From a virus (taxonomy: Duplodnaviria > Heunggongvirae > Uroviricota > Caudoviricetes), in the IMG/VR virus record IMGVR_UViG_3300007351_000001: a DNA stretch of 64,000 bases. One strand, given 5' to 3'. The notes under the pieces are model-generated. The model saw only the letters and a program-made list of their open reading frames with translations. It did not search any database and had not been told where the DNA came from. Shown piece by piece: positions 1-7,473 of this stretch. Each line of letters opens with the position of its first letter. Position 1 is the first letter of the stretch. Both the position numbers and the translations under genes were made by a program.

Positions 1-46
1 GCGCCAGGGCATCACGGCGACGCCGACGCAGCGCCACTTCGTCGAG

Positions 47-1531
47 GTGGCGCGCACGCTGCGCGAGGCGCACATCAACCAGGACTCGCGCAACAAGCTG
101 GTCCAGGCGTTCGGTCGGCACTTCAGCGGCCTCAACGAGCGCTACAAGCACCACGTCTTCCACAAAGCCGCTGGTGGGGTCGGGGATCCGATGGCCGGGC
201 TGCACGAGGCCGGTGGGGTGACCCAAGGCTCAGTCATTCGCCAGCCGAAGCCGGTGACCGACAAGTCGGTCAAGGCGGCGACCAAGCCGCGGGCAATGGC
301 GTCGAAGATCGGGCAGACCGTCAAGACCGGCGGCACGGGCGGGGTCGTGGTCGGCGAAGAGAAGGGGCTGCTCAAGGTGCTGACCGACGATGGGCGGCAG
401 GTCTTCGTCAACGAGTCGGTGCTGATGGCGCCGGCCGGTGGCCAGGCTCGCTGGACCCCTCCGCAGACCGAGTACAACGCGCCGCCCATCGCGCTCGCGG
501 TCGGCTCGACCATCAACTTCGATGGCCGCTCGGGCGTCGTGGTCGAGGCCGGTCCCGCCTCGTGCCGCGTCCTGATGGACAACGGTGAGGACCTCCGTGT
601 CGCCACCCGCTCGCTCGCCCTCGCCGAGGGTGAGAAGCCGGCGTTCTTGAAGGACAAGGACGACGACAACGACGACTCGGGTTCCAAGAAGAAGGACGAG
701 AAGTCGGGGTCCAAGGACAAGTCCGGCTCCAAGGACAAGGACGACGACGAAGACGAGGATGAGGACGACGACAAGAAGGACGAGAGCGTCGGCATGATGG
801 CGCCGCAGTCGATGGGCCTCACCGCACCGTCGCTCGCACGTCCGGCTGGCGCCGCCCAAGCCCTCGAAGGTCAGACGATCGACGTCGCTGGGCAGCCGGC
901 GATGATCCTCGGATTCACCAAGTTCAACCAGGCCGGGCAACCGACCGAGGCCCGCGTCGCCTACGAAGGCGGCAAGGAAGGGCTCGTCACGCTCGCAGAG
1001 AAGCGCGTGGACGAGTCGATGCAACTCGCCAAAGGGCTGACTCGCCGGCTCATGCGGGCGGACAACGCTGCGCGTGTGAGCGCGCAGAGCGGCACGGTCG
1101 ACCGCCAGGTCGCCCAGGTCGCCGCCCGTCTGCGCCCAGTCAGCGAGAACAACCATCGCGCCCGCGCGGTCGACCTCGACCAGAGCAACGCGCTGGCGAT
1201 GTCCGCGATCCAGCCGAACGGCCAGATCGTGAACCCGGAGATGGCCCAAGCGCTCGCCATGGTGCAAACCAAGCTCGGCAACTCGCCGGCCGTCAAGCAG
1301 GCGGAAGGTGTCCTCGCTGGCGTGCGCCAGCCGGGCGCGGCATCGCCCAAGGCGATGAGCGAGGAGCAACTCAGCGAGGAGCGTCGCCGCGCGCTCACAC
1401 GCGGCCTCGTGCGCAGCGTGAAGGAAGGCAAGGGCTTCAGCCCCTCGCGGCCGATCGTCACCTCGACGGGCACGGCCGTCACCGAAGACGTGCTCGCCGG
1501 GGCGCAGTTTGTCCCGAACACCGAGATCTGA
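47..1531 (+). CDS. Hypothetical (probable virion/head-associated) protein with three SH3/KOW-like beta repeats and a D/K-rich linker; probably 5'-truncated
   Basis: Frame is open back to position 2. Repeats IGQTVKTGGTGGVVVG..VLTDDG, VGSTINFDGRSGVVVE..VLMDNG and EGQTIDVAGQPAMIL; low-complexity DKDDDNDDSGSKKKD block. Confidence 0.75.
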   Translation: MARTLREAHINQDSRNKLVQAFGRHFSGLNERYKHHVFHKAAGGVGDPMAGLHEAGGVTQGSVIRQPKPVTDKSVKAATKPRAMASKIGQTVKTGGTGGVVVGEEKGLLKVLTDDGRQVFVNESVLMAPAGGQARWTPPQTEYNAPPIALAVGSTINFDGRSGVVVEAGPASCRVLMDNGEDLRVATRSLALAEGEKPAFLKDKDDDNDDSGSKKKDEKSGSKDKSGSKDKDDDEDEDEDDDKKDESVGMMAPQSMGLTAPSLARPAGAAQALEGQTIDVAGQPAMILGFTKFNQAGQPTEARVAYEGGKEGLVTLAEKRVDESMQLAKGLTRRLMRADNAARVSAQSGTVDRQVAQVAARLRPVSENNHRARAVDLDQSNALAMSAIQPNGQIVNPEMAQALAMVQTKLGNSPAVKQAEGVLAGVRQPGAASPKAMSEEQLSEERRRALTRGLVRSVKEGKGFSPSRPIVTSTGTAVTEDVLAGAQFVPNTEI

Positions 1532-1589
1532 TCACTCGGCCGCTCACCCGCGGCCAACAGCAACCCCTGATGTGGGGAGGAGGTGGGTC

Positions 1590-1967
1590 ATGTTGAAGGC
1601 CACTCGGGATCGCTCACTGGTGGCGGTCCTCCTGGTGCTGCTGGCGTTTGCGAACGCCAGCTGTTCGGCCATGCCCTCGTGGCTCGGCGGCACGACGCCG
1701 CAGACGCTCGATGAGGGGATTGCCACCGGCTACGTCACCCTGACGGCAGCCAATCGGACGTTCGCCACGCTGGTCCAGTCCAAGGTGTTCAGCCCTGAAG
1801 ACGCGCAGTCCGTGTCGAAGGAGTTGGACAACGCCGGCTTGTACCTGCGCCAGGCGAAGGGCGCGCTCGCCAACAAGGATCCGGACTCCGCAGAGGAGTA
1901 TCTGAGCCTGGCGACGCAGATTCTCCAGCTCGTGAACAACGAGCTGGCCAAGCGGTCGGCGAAGTAG
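1590..1967 (+). CDS. Putative lipoprotein
   Basis: GGAGGAGG SD before ATG 1590. Basic N-terminus, hydrophobic stretch and lipobox-like FANAS-C. Confidence 0.7.
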   Translation: MLKATRDRSLVAVLLVLLAFANASCSAMPSWLGGTTPQTLDEGIATGYVTLTAANRTFATLVQSKVFSPEDAQSVSKELDNAGLYLRQAKGALANKDPDSAEEYLSLATQILQLVNNELAKRSAK

Positions 1968-2004
1968 TTCACCCGGAACGTTGGGTGGTGGAGGAGGTGA
2001 GGTC

Positions 2005-2226
2005 ATGAATCCGGAAATGATCGCGCAGATCATTCAGTACATCCTGCTCGGGATCCAGGTCTCCGAGCAGCTGCTGAAGGCGTCCGCAGAGTTGAAGGAC
2101 GTCCTGGCAACCGCTCGCGCCGCGGGCGGGGTCACCGACGAGCAGTGGGCTGAACTGGAAGCCAAGCTCGCCGACGCGGAAGCGGCACGGCGCGCAGCCG
2201 TCGCACAGGCGGCGGACGGCCAGTAA
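2005..2226 (+). CDS. Small amphipathic/coiled-coil hypothetical protein (possible lysis accessory)
   Basis: GGAGGAGGTGAGG SD before ATG 2005; MNPEMIAQIIQYILLGIQV followed by a helical Ala/Glu-rich tail. Confidence 0.7.
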   Translation: MNPEMIAQIIQYILLGIQVSEQLLKASAELKDVLATARAAGGVTDEQWAELEAKLADAEAARRAAVAQAADGQ

Positions 2227-2228
2227 CC

Positions 2229-2837
2229 GTGTGGTTGCTGGGCCTCGCGGCCTGGTTCTTCCTGTGCGAGCCGGCGTGGGCACAAGAGCCTACGCCGGCT
2301 CCAACAGGTGCCGCCGCAGAATACGACCGCAGCGCGTGGCCGCTGTGGACTGATGAAGATCGAGATCGGGAGGACGCGCGCACGGAGGTGCTGATTCGCG
2401 ACTCACTGATCCCGCCGCGCGTGTTCGTGAACAACCGCGGCAACCGATTGGTCAGCGAGGGCGTGTGGGTCTGTCCCTACACTGGACAGGTCATGACCGA
2501 CCCGCGCCAACTCGACATCGACCACATGGTACCGCTCGGCTACGCGTTCCACGCGGGCGGCAAGGACTGGACGCGTGAGCAGCGCCAGGCCTATGCGAAC
2601 TGGCTCCAAGATCCGAATCACCTGAAAGCGGTGAGCGCCTCAGCCAATCGCTCGAAGAGCGATCAAGGTCCGGCCGAGTGGAAGCCGCCGCTGAAGACGA
2701 CCTGGTGCGAGTACGCGATTGCGTTCGCGGAGGTCGCGACCACGTGGCACTTGACGTTGCCGCCGGCTGATGCGCATGCGATCGTCGAGATGATCGCGAC
2801 CTGCCCGCTCTCCAACCGGTGGGATCTCCGCGAGTAA
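2229..2837 (+). CDS. Secreted HNH-type endonuclease (DUF1524/GmrSD C-terminal-like)
   Basis: Signal peptide MWLLGLAAWFFLCEPAWA; motifs LDIDHMVPL, ANW...LKAVSASANRSKSDQGPAEWKPP...C.YA typical of DUF1524 nucleases. Confidence 0.8.
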   Translation: MWLLGLAAWFFLCEPAWAQEPTPAPTGAAAEYDRSAWPLWTDEDRDREDARTEVLIRDSLIPPRVFVNNRGNRLVSEGVWVCPYTGQVMTDPRQLDIDHMVPLGYAFHAGGKDWTREQRQAYANWLQDPNHLKAVSASANRSKSDQGPAEWKPPLKTTWCEYAIAFAEVATTWHLTLPPADAHAIVEMIATCPLSNRWDLRE

Positions 2838-2921
2838 CACGATCGACGAAGTGCCGGCTCTAGCTACGCCGCCGGCAAGCAGGTAGAGCAGAGCAGAGAC
2901 GTCGCTCGGCCAGATGGAGAC

Positions 2922-2999
2922 CGGGGTGTAGGGCAGCCAGGCCAGCCCACCTGCCTTGGGAGCAGGTTGCCGCAGGTTCAAATCCTGCCACCCCGACCA
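2922..2999 (+). tRNA. tRNA-Pro(TGG)
   Basis: CGGGGTG acceptor pairs with CACCCCG; anticodon arm CCTGC-CTTGGGA-GCAGG; TTCAAAT T-loop; encoded CCA. Confidence 0.95.
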
Positions 3000-3000
3000 T

Positions 3001-3795
3001 CTAGGCGACGACCCGATCGACGCGCTTCACGGGCGCATCAACGGCGTAGAGCGGTGACAAGTGCCGCGGCTTCATGGTCGCGATGAAGTGCTCGCGCCAG
3101 CCGCGGGCAAACGCATCGAGATCCTCGATCGACTGCACCACGAGCTGTCCGTGCGCCGCGTGCCGGATGCTGGTGCGCACCACCTGCTGCGCCAGCTCGT
3201 GCGCTTCGCTCCAGGTCGCCGTGCGGCCGAGGTAGGTGTCGATGCGCTCCCAGAGCTGCTCGCGCTTCTCGGGGGGAATCACCCGAGCGTGTCGATCCAA
3301 GGCTGAGGCCGACCGGATGGCCTTGCCGCGGGTGCGGTCCTCCTCGGAGACGTCCTCGACCGGCGCGCCAGGCTTCGGGATGTTCAGTGCCGCGGCGATC
3401 TCACAGCGGCGCTGATGGGCGAGCTGCTCGTAGCGCTCGTGGCAGTCGACACAGAGCGCGACGACGTCGTACGAGTTTCGAGAGCCCAGGCGGTTGGGAA
3501 ACCACCGCCGGTAGCAGTACGGCACGATGTGGTGCTTGGTGAGCCGCTCAGTGACTCCACAGACGGCGCAGTGGTTCGCCCGCGGCAAGAGCATGTAGGC
3601 GTTGCCCTTGTCGCCCGGACCGTTCGGCTCGAAGGTGAGCCGGATCTGCTTGTCGCCGACGTACTCGGCGAGGTTGTTGCGCAGGTAGAAGTTCACCTTG
3701 CGCTGTGATGCTCGACACAATGGCTCCCCCTCACGGGTGAGGATCAACCAGTTGTCGAACAGGACCCCCCGCCTCGCCTTCAACCGCCACCGCAT
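3001..3795 (-). CDS. HNH-like zinc-binding nuclease resembling the C-terminal domain of eukaryotic EXD2
   Basis: LFDNW.I...EGEPLC...RK..FYL, RLTFEP.G, CAVCG...LTKHHIVPYCYRR.FP....NSYDVVALCVDCH. Confidence 0.75.
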   Translation of the reverse strand: MRWRLKARRGVLFDNWLILTREGEPLCRASQRKVNFYLRNNLAEYVGDKQIRLTFEPNGPGDKGNAYMLLPRANHCAVCGVTERLTKHHIVPYCYRRWFPNRLGSRNSYDVVALCVDCHERYEQLAHQRRCEIAAALNIPKPGAPVEDVSEEDRTRGKAIRSASALDRHARVIPPEKREQLWERIDTYLGRTATWSEAHELAQQVVRTSIRHAAHGQLVVQSIEDLDAFARGWREHFIATMKPRHLSPLYAVDAPVKRVDRVVA

Positions 3796-3815
3796 GGCAC
3801 AGGAGAATAGGCACG

Positions 3816-4079
3816 ATGGCCGACCGCGTCCAGGTCCAGTCAGAAACGACCACCTCCGTCGGTGTTGGGCCTGGTCTGGTGCGCCCGTTGGCGCTGCAGC
3901 ACAGCGGCCTCGCTGACGAGTTCTTCCACCGCTTCGGCCGCATGCACCCCGGCGGCATCCAACAGGCCTTCTCCGACTTTGCCCACGCGCGCGACCTCTC
4001 CAGGGACGACGCCGAACAGTTGCGCACCCGGCTGCATCAGGTGTACGGTCTCACCGGCATTGCGACGCGTGTCTGGTGA
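3816..4079 (+). CDS. Hypothetical protein, first gene of the short-ORF operon
   Basis: AGGAG SD before ATG; 87 aa. Confidence 0.65.
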   Translation: MADRVQVQSETTTSVGVGPGLVRPLALQHSGLADEFFHRFGRMHPGGIQQAFSDFAHARDLSRDDAEQLRTRLHQVYGLTGIATRVW

Positions 4080-4088
4080 GGTGAGGGC

Positions 4089-4313
4089 ATGGGTGAGGGT
4101 GGGGACTTTTCCTTTGTCGATCTAGGAGAGCAGTGCACCAGCGACCGCGCGCTGGCGATCCGGTTCCTCTGGGAGAGCATGCAGGCCGGCCTCATGCAGC
4201 TAGACGAAGTGCGCGCCGGCCTCGACCTCCCACTGATCGGGCAGCCGCCTGGCCGTGTTGGTGACTTCTCGAAGAGCGGTCCAGCGCCGCTCAGCTTGCC
4301 AGGATACTGCTGA
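4089..4313 (+). CDS. Short hypothetical protein with shared C-terminal GRVG..GPA tag (copy 1, variant)
   Basis: GAGG SD; ends GRVGDFSKSGPAPLSLPGYC*. Confidence 0.75.
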   Translation: MGEGGDFSFVDLGEQCTSDRALAIRFLWESMQAGLMQLDEVRAGLDLPLIGQPPGRVGDFSKSGPAPLSLPGYC

Positions 4314-4663
4314 TGCTCACGCGCAAGCGTCTGCTCGCCGCGGTGAAGTACCCGACCCGGTACGATGACCGCTGGCGTGAAGAGAGCTGGCCGGTCATCC
4401 GGTTCACGACCGACCAGATGTCCGAGCTGAAGCTAGGGGATCGCATCAGTGTCGACGTCGGCAAGGCGAGACAGAGCCGCATCTACGTCGTCGACTCGAT
4501 CACGCACACCCCCGAGGGCGGGACCAACATCAGTGCCCACATGCCGATTCTCGGCGACGCACCAGGTGAGAAGACCTACGACGTCTTGCTCGGGCCACCG
4601 AAAGGGCGTGTCGGGTTCTTCTCGAACGACGGCCCCGCGCCGAAGACTGCGAGCTGTCCGTGA
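4313..4663 (+). CDS. Short hypothetical protein with shared C-terminal tag (copy 2)
   Basis: TGATG overlap with upstream stop; ends GRVGFFSNDGPAPKTASCP*. Confidence 0.8.
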   Translation: MLTRKRLLAAVKYPTRYDDRWREESWPVIRFTTDQMSELKLGDRISVDVGKARQSRIYVVDSITHTPEGGTNISAHMPILGDAPGEKTYDVLLGPPKGRVGFFSNDGPAPKTASCP

Positions 4664-4897
4664 ATGGGCGATCGCCTTCCAGATTTCTTCCACAACGGCA
4701 CGTTCGACTTCGAGCCGCTGACGCGGCATCTCGACGAACTCGGTTGGCAGACCGAGGCCGCAATGCGTCAGTTCGCGCGATTGGCGGCGCTCGCTTTCCG
4801 TATTCCCGAGGAGTACCTCGTGCCGCCGATCCCGACTGGGAGAGTGGGGTCGTACTCGGAGGGTGGACCAGCGGCGCGCACAGCACTGCGGCCATGA
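4664..4897 (+). CDS. Short hypothetical protein with shared C-terminal tag (copy 3)
   Basis: ATG abuts upstream TGA; ends GRVGSYSEGGPAARTALRP*. Confidence 0.8.
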   Translation: MGDRLPDFFHNGTFDFEPLTRHLDELGWQTEAAMRQFARLAALAFRIPEEYLVPPIPTGRVGSYSEGGPAARTALRP

Positions 4898-5124
4898 TCC
4901 CGAAGGGCGAGAAGCCGTTGACGCGCAACCAGCAACGCATCGTCAACGCGCTGAAGGTCATCGGTGAGAAGGGCCTCCTCGATCATCCAGTAGAAGATTT
5001 GACCGAGAGCGAAGACGTGCGCAGAGCTGTGGCAGTGCTCAAGAAGTTCTTGGTGCCGAAGAACGGCCGCGTCGGGTACTACTCGCAGCACGGACCGGCG
5101 AAGTCGACGAGTCGCTTCCCATGA
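4894..5124 (+). CDS. Short hypothetical protein with shared C-terminal tag (copy 4)
   Basis: ATGA overlap (MIPKGEKP...); ends GRVGYYSQHGPAKSTSRFP*. Confidence 0.8.
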   Translation: MIPKGEKPLTRNQQRIVNALKVIGEKGLLDHPVEDLTESEDVRRAVAVLKKFLVPKNGRVGYYSQHGPAKSTSRFP

Positions 5125-5393
5125 GCGGCAGCGGACCGGTGATGACGTGCGTCCAGTGCGGGAAGATCGGTCTGTTCCTACGCTCGGACAACCTCTGCGA
5201 TCACTGCTGGAAGCAGCTCATGCACGCTCGTAACTACGGGATGACCGGCAGGCAGTTCCGAGACATCATCGAGGCGAGCCACATCGCGATGCCGGCGCCG
5301 ATCCCTGACTGGATCACGGTGCTATTCCCAGCGGGGCGCGTCGGCTTCTTCTCGCAGTTCGGGCCGGCGCTGCGTACCGACACGCACCCATGA
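5121..5393 (+). CDS. Short zinc-ribbon protein with shared C-terminal tag (copy 5)
   Basis: ATGA overlap; CVQC...CDHC; ends GRVGFFSQFGPALRTDTHP*. Confidence 0.8.
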   Translation: MSGSGPVMTCVQCGKIGLFLRSDNLCDHCWKQLMHARNYGMTGRQFRDIIEASHIAMPAPIPDWITVLFPAGRVGFFSQFGPALRTDTHP

Positions 5394-5662
5394 AAGACGC
5401 CCCGCCACCGAAAGGGGTCGTCTGGGTCGACCGGGAGGGCGTCCGCGTCCAGAACATCGAGGACTTCGAGTGGTACCGTGAGCACATCGAGAAGCCGCTG
5501 AAGGCTCTCATGGAACGCTCCGGCCAAGAGGTCATCCCCCTACGTGGATGGACGTTCACGCCGGACGGCAAGTGGGCGATCAGCAAGAAGCTCCCTGTGC
5601 ACGGAAGCGCCGGTTCCTATTCGATCAACGGTCCGGCAGACTCGACGAAGACATGTCCTTGA
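5390..5662 (+). CDS. Short hypothetical protein with shared C-terminal tag (copy 6)
   Basis: ATGA overlap; ends GSAGSYSINGPADSTKTCP*. Confidence 0.8.
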   Translation: MKDAPPPKGVVWVDREGVRVQNIEDFEWYREHIEKPLKALMERSGQEVIPLRGWTFTPDGKWAISKKLPVHGSAGSYSINGPADSTKTCP

Positions 5663-5952
5663 TCGACGAGTTCCCAGCCTTGCGCGGCTGGTACAAGATC
5701 ACGCCACAGGCGGTCGAGTTGCGTGGCCGGGGAATCTCGCCGCTTGCGCCGATACATGTGTGTACCGGTCCGCCGGTGATCGAGTGCCAGTTTGACGACG
5801 ATCGCTTGAAGCTCGAAGAATACCTGCGCCGGCAGATGAACGAGGAAGCCTGGCGGCTCGACATGCAGCTGCGACACTTCCGTGGGCGGCTAGGAAGCGT
5901 CGGCTCGTTTTCGCTCCAAGGACCTGCGCCGCGAACGGAGAACTACCCGTGA
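5653..5952 (+). CDS. Short hypothetical protein with shared C-terminal tag (copy 7)
   Basis: ATG 5653 overlaps the previous gene end by 10 nt (MSLIDEFP...); ends GSVGSFSLQGPAPRTENYP*. Confidence 0.75.
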   Translation: MSLIDEFPALRGWYKITPQAVELRGRGISPLAPIHVCTGPPVIECQFDDDRLKLEEYLRRQMNEEAWRLDMQLRHFRGRLGSVGSFSLQGPAPRTENYP

Positions 5953-6137
5953 TGGACTCTGGGACGACCTATAAGCGTGGCCCTGCCCGCACCGGTGGTG
6001 AACAAGACGTGATCTCGCGCCGCTGGCGCAAGATGCTCTGCTACTGCGTCCGCACGGGCGTCACGGCGAAGATCAAGCGCGGCATCCGCCGCCGCGAACG
6101 CCGCGAGGGGCGGCACGAGGCACAGAGCGAATGGTAA
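5949..6137 (+). CDS. Small Arg-rich phage protein
   Basis: GTGA overlap; GEQDVISRRWRKMLCY...IKRGIRRRERR resembles a small basic phage family. Confidence 0.65.
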   Translation: MMDSGTTYKRGPARTGGEQDVISRRWRKMLCYCVRTGVTAKIKRGIRRRERREGRHEAQSEW

Positions 6138-6724
6138 ACGAACGCTTCTTCGATCGCTCCGGGCCAGATGGGCTCGAAGGTGGGCAGGGCGGGGTCGCTG
6201 GCGGCTCTCCTAACTCCGAGTTCTCCGGTGGTGGCGCGAACAGCCAAGCCGGTCGTTGTCCGAGCTGCAACGCCAACTTCCCAGTCGACGATCCGAACCG
6301 GACGACGTTCTGCCCTGAGTGCGGGCAGCAGCGGCAGGGCGTGGTGGCGACGGCGGCAGCCCAGCAGCGCGGCGGGTGGGGCGTCTACGGCACTGGCCGG
6401 CCGGGCTATCTGCGTGTACCGGGCGGGCCGATCTCGACCAATGAAATGGCCGGCAAGCTCCGGCTCAAGTATCTCGGCGGCAATCTCTTCGAGATGGAGA
6501 TGCAGGGCGCGACGCTCGAACACGCGCTCTCATCGTCGCACTCGGTGATGTCGCATCGCCTGCGGGCTCTTGGTATGAACCAGGATCGCGTGATGCAGAC
6601 GCTGATCCACTGGCTCTTCAACGAGGCCAAGGCGGGACAGGAGTACGTGTGGGATCTCGCAGGCGGCACGCGTATGGTGGTCGACGAACGCGGTTTTCGT
6701 CGCCACGTCGAAGTTTCGGAATAA
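6131..6724 (+). CDS. Hypothetical protein with zinc ribbon
   Basis: CPSC...FCPECG; Gly-rich N-terminus; overlaps upstream stop. Confidence 0.7.
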   Translation: MVNERFFDRSGPDGLEGGQGGVAGGSPNSEFSGGGANSQAGRCPSCNANFPVDDPNRTTFCPECGQQRQGVVATAAAQQRGGWGVYGTGRPGYLRVPGGPISTNEMAGKLRLKYLGGNLFEMEMQGATLEHALSSSHSVMSHRLRALGMNQDRVMQTLIHWLFNEAKAGQEYVWDLAGGTRMVVDERGFRRHVEVSE

Positions 6725-6957
6725 CCGACGACTTCGACGACGTCCCGGAGTTGAACAGCCTCCCGAAGCTCGACATCGAGTTCGCCCCGCCGGTGAAGCG
6801 CCGCTCGCGGCGACTCGACGGCTGGACGCACCAAGACAGACCCTTGCGTGTCGAGGGCGTCGCCCCACCAGCAATCGACCGGCGCAAGCCGTTGCGCCGC
6901 GGACAAGTCGGCTACGCCTCGCGTGGCCGGCGCAAGAGGACGATCGACGATGCGTGA
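6721..6957 (+). CDS. Possible small basic protein (start codon unclear)
   Basis: Fills the gap between coupled genes (ITDDFDDVPELNSLPKLDIEF...). The only coupled start is ATA in GA-ATAA. Confidence 0.35.
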   Translation: MTDDFDDVPELNSLPKLDIEFAPPVKRRSRRLDGWTHQDRPLRVEGVAPPAIDRRKPLRRGQVGYASRGRRKRTIDDA

Positions 6958-7465
6958 TGTCTCCGCGGCGATCAGTGCGATTCTCGACGGCGCGGCCGTG
7001 CCGGTGATCGCCGAGGCGATGATGCGCATGGGCATGGGTGCCCCGCCGCCGGTCAACACCGGCGCCACCGGCGAAGCCGAGGATCGCAAGCACGCCGCGT
7101 GGATCGAGCCCAACGGCCGTACGCACGTGCTCGGCAGGGAAGAGATTCACGGCGACTGGGCCACGGCACGGCCCGAGATGTGGCCCAAGCGAGCGTACGC
7201 GGTCTACCGCGCCGCGGCCGGCCGCGGCGACGACACCTACCACGACGAATCGCGGCAAATGAGCCGCATGATGAAGGCCGGGTGGGTGCGCAAGGCTGGC
7301 GCCGCCGCGTACCACGTCCACGCCCGCGAGCAGATCCCACGGGTCCTCGCCCACGTGCGCCGCTGGCATCCAGACGTCGACGAGTTCCATGTCGACGTCG
7401 GCTCGCCGAAGATCAAGACGACGGTCACGATGAACGCGCACACCGGGTGGCCGGTGCGGAGGTAG
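6950..7465 (+). CDS. Hypothetical protein
   Basis: ATG 6950 MRDVSAAIS...; codon usage consistent with neighbours. Confidence 0.65.
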   Translation: MRDVSAAISAILDGAAVPVIAEAMMRMGMGAPPPVNTGATGEAEDRKHAAWIEPNGRTHVLGREEIHGDWATARPEMWPKRAYAVYRAAAGRGDDTYHDESRQMSRMMKAGWVRKAGAAAYHVHAREQIPRVLAHVRRWHPDVDEFHVDVGSPKIKTTVTMNAHTGWPVRR

Positions 7466-7473
7466 ACTGACTC

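Larger units (their letters stand above)
4251..5952 (+). repeat. Seven dispersed copies of a 60-63 nt coding repeat (C-terminal peptide tag)
   Basis: Copies at 4251-4313, 4604-4663, 4838-4897, 5065-5124, 5334-5393, 5603-5662 and 5893-5952, each ending at its gene's TGA. Third codon positions vary while amino acids are kept. Confidence 0.9.

Noticed and set aside
4251-5952. Tag repeats as DNA recombination sites (attC/shufflon) or a CRISPR-like array
   Set aside because: Third codon positions vary freely, no consistent palindrome is shared by the copies, spacing follows ORF length, and no recombinase or cas gene is in the window.
4251-5952. Tags as lasso-peptide or graspetide cores
   Set aside because: Asp/Glu at core positions 7-9 occurs in only two copies, no conserved acidic acceptor is present, and no cyclase, peptidase or adjacent modifying enzyme was seen.
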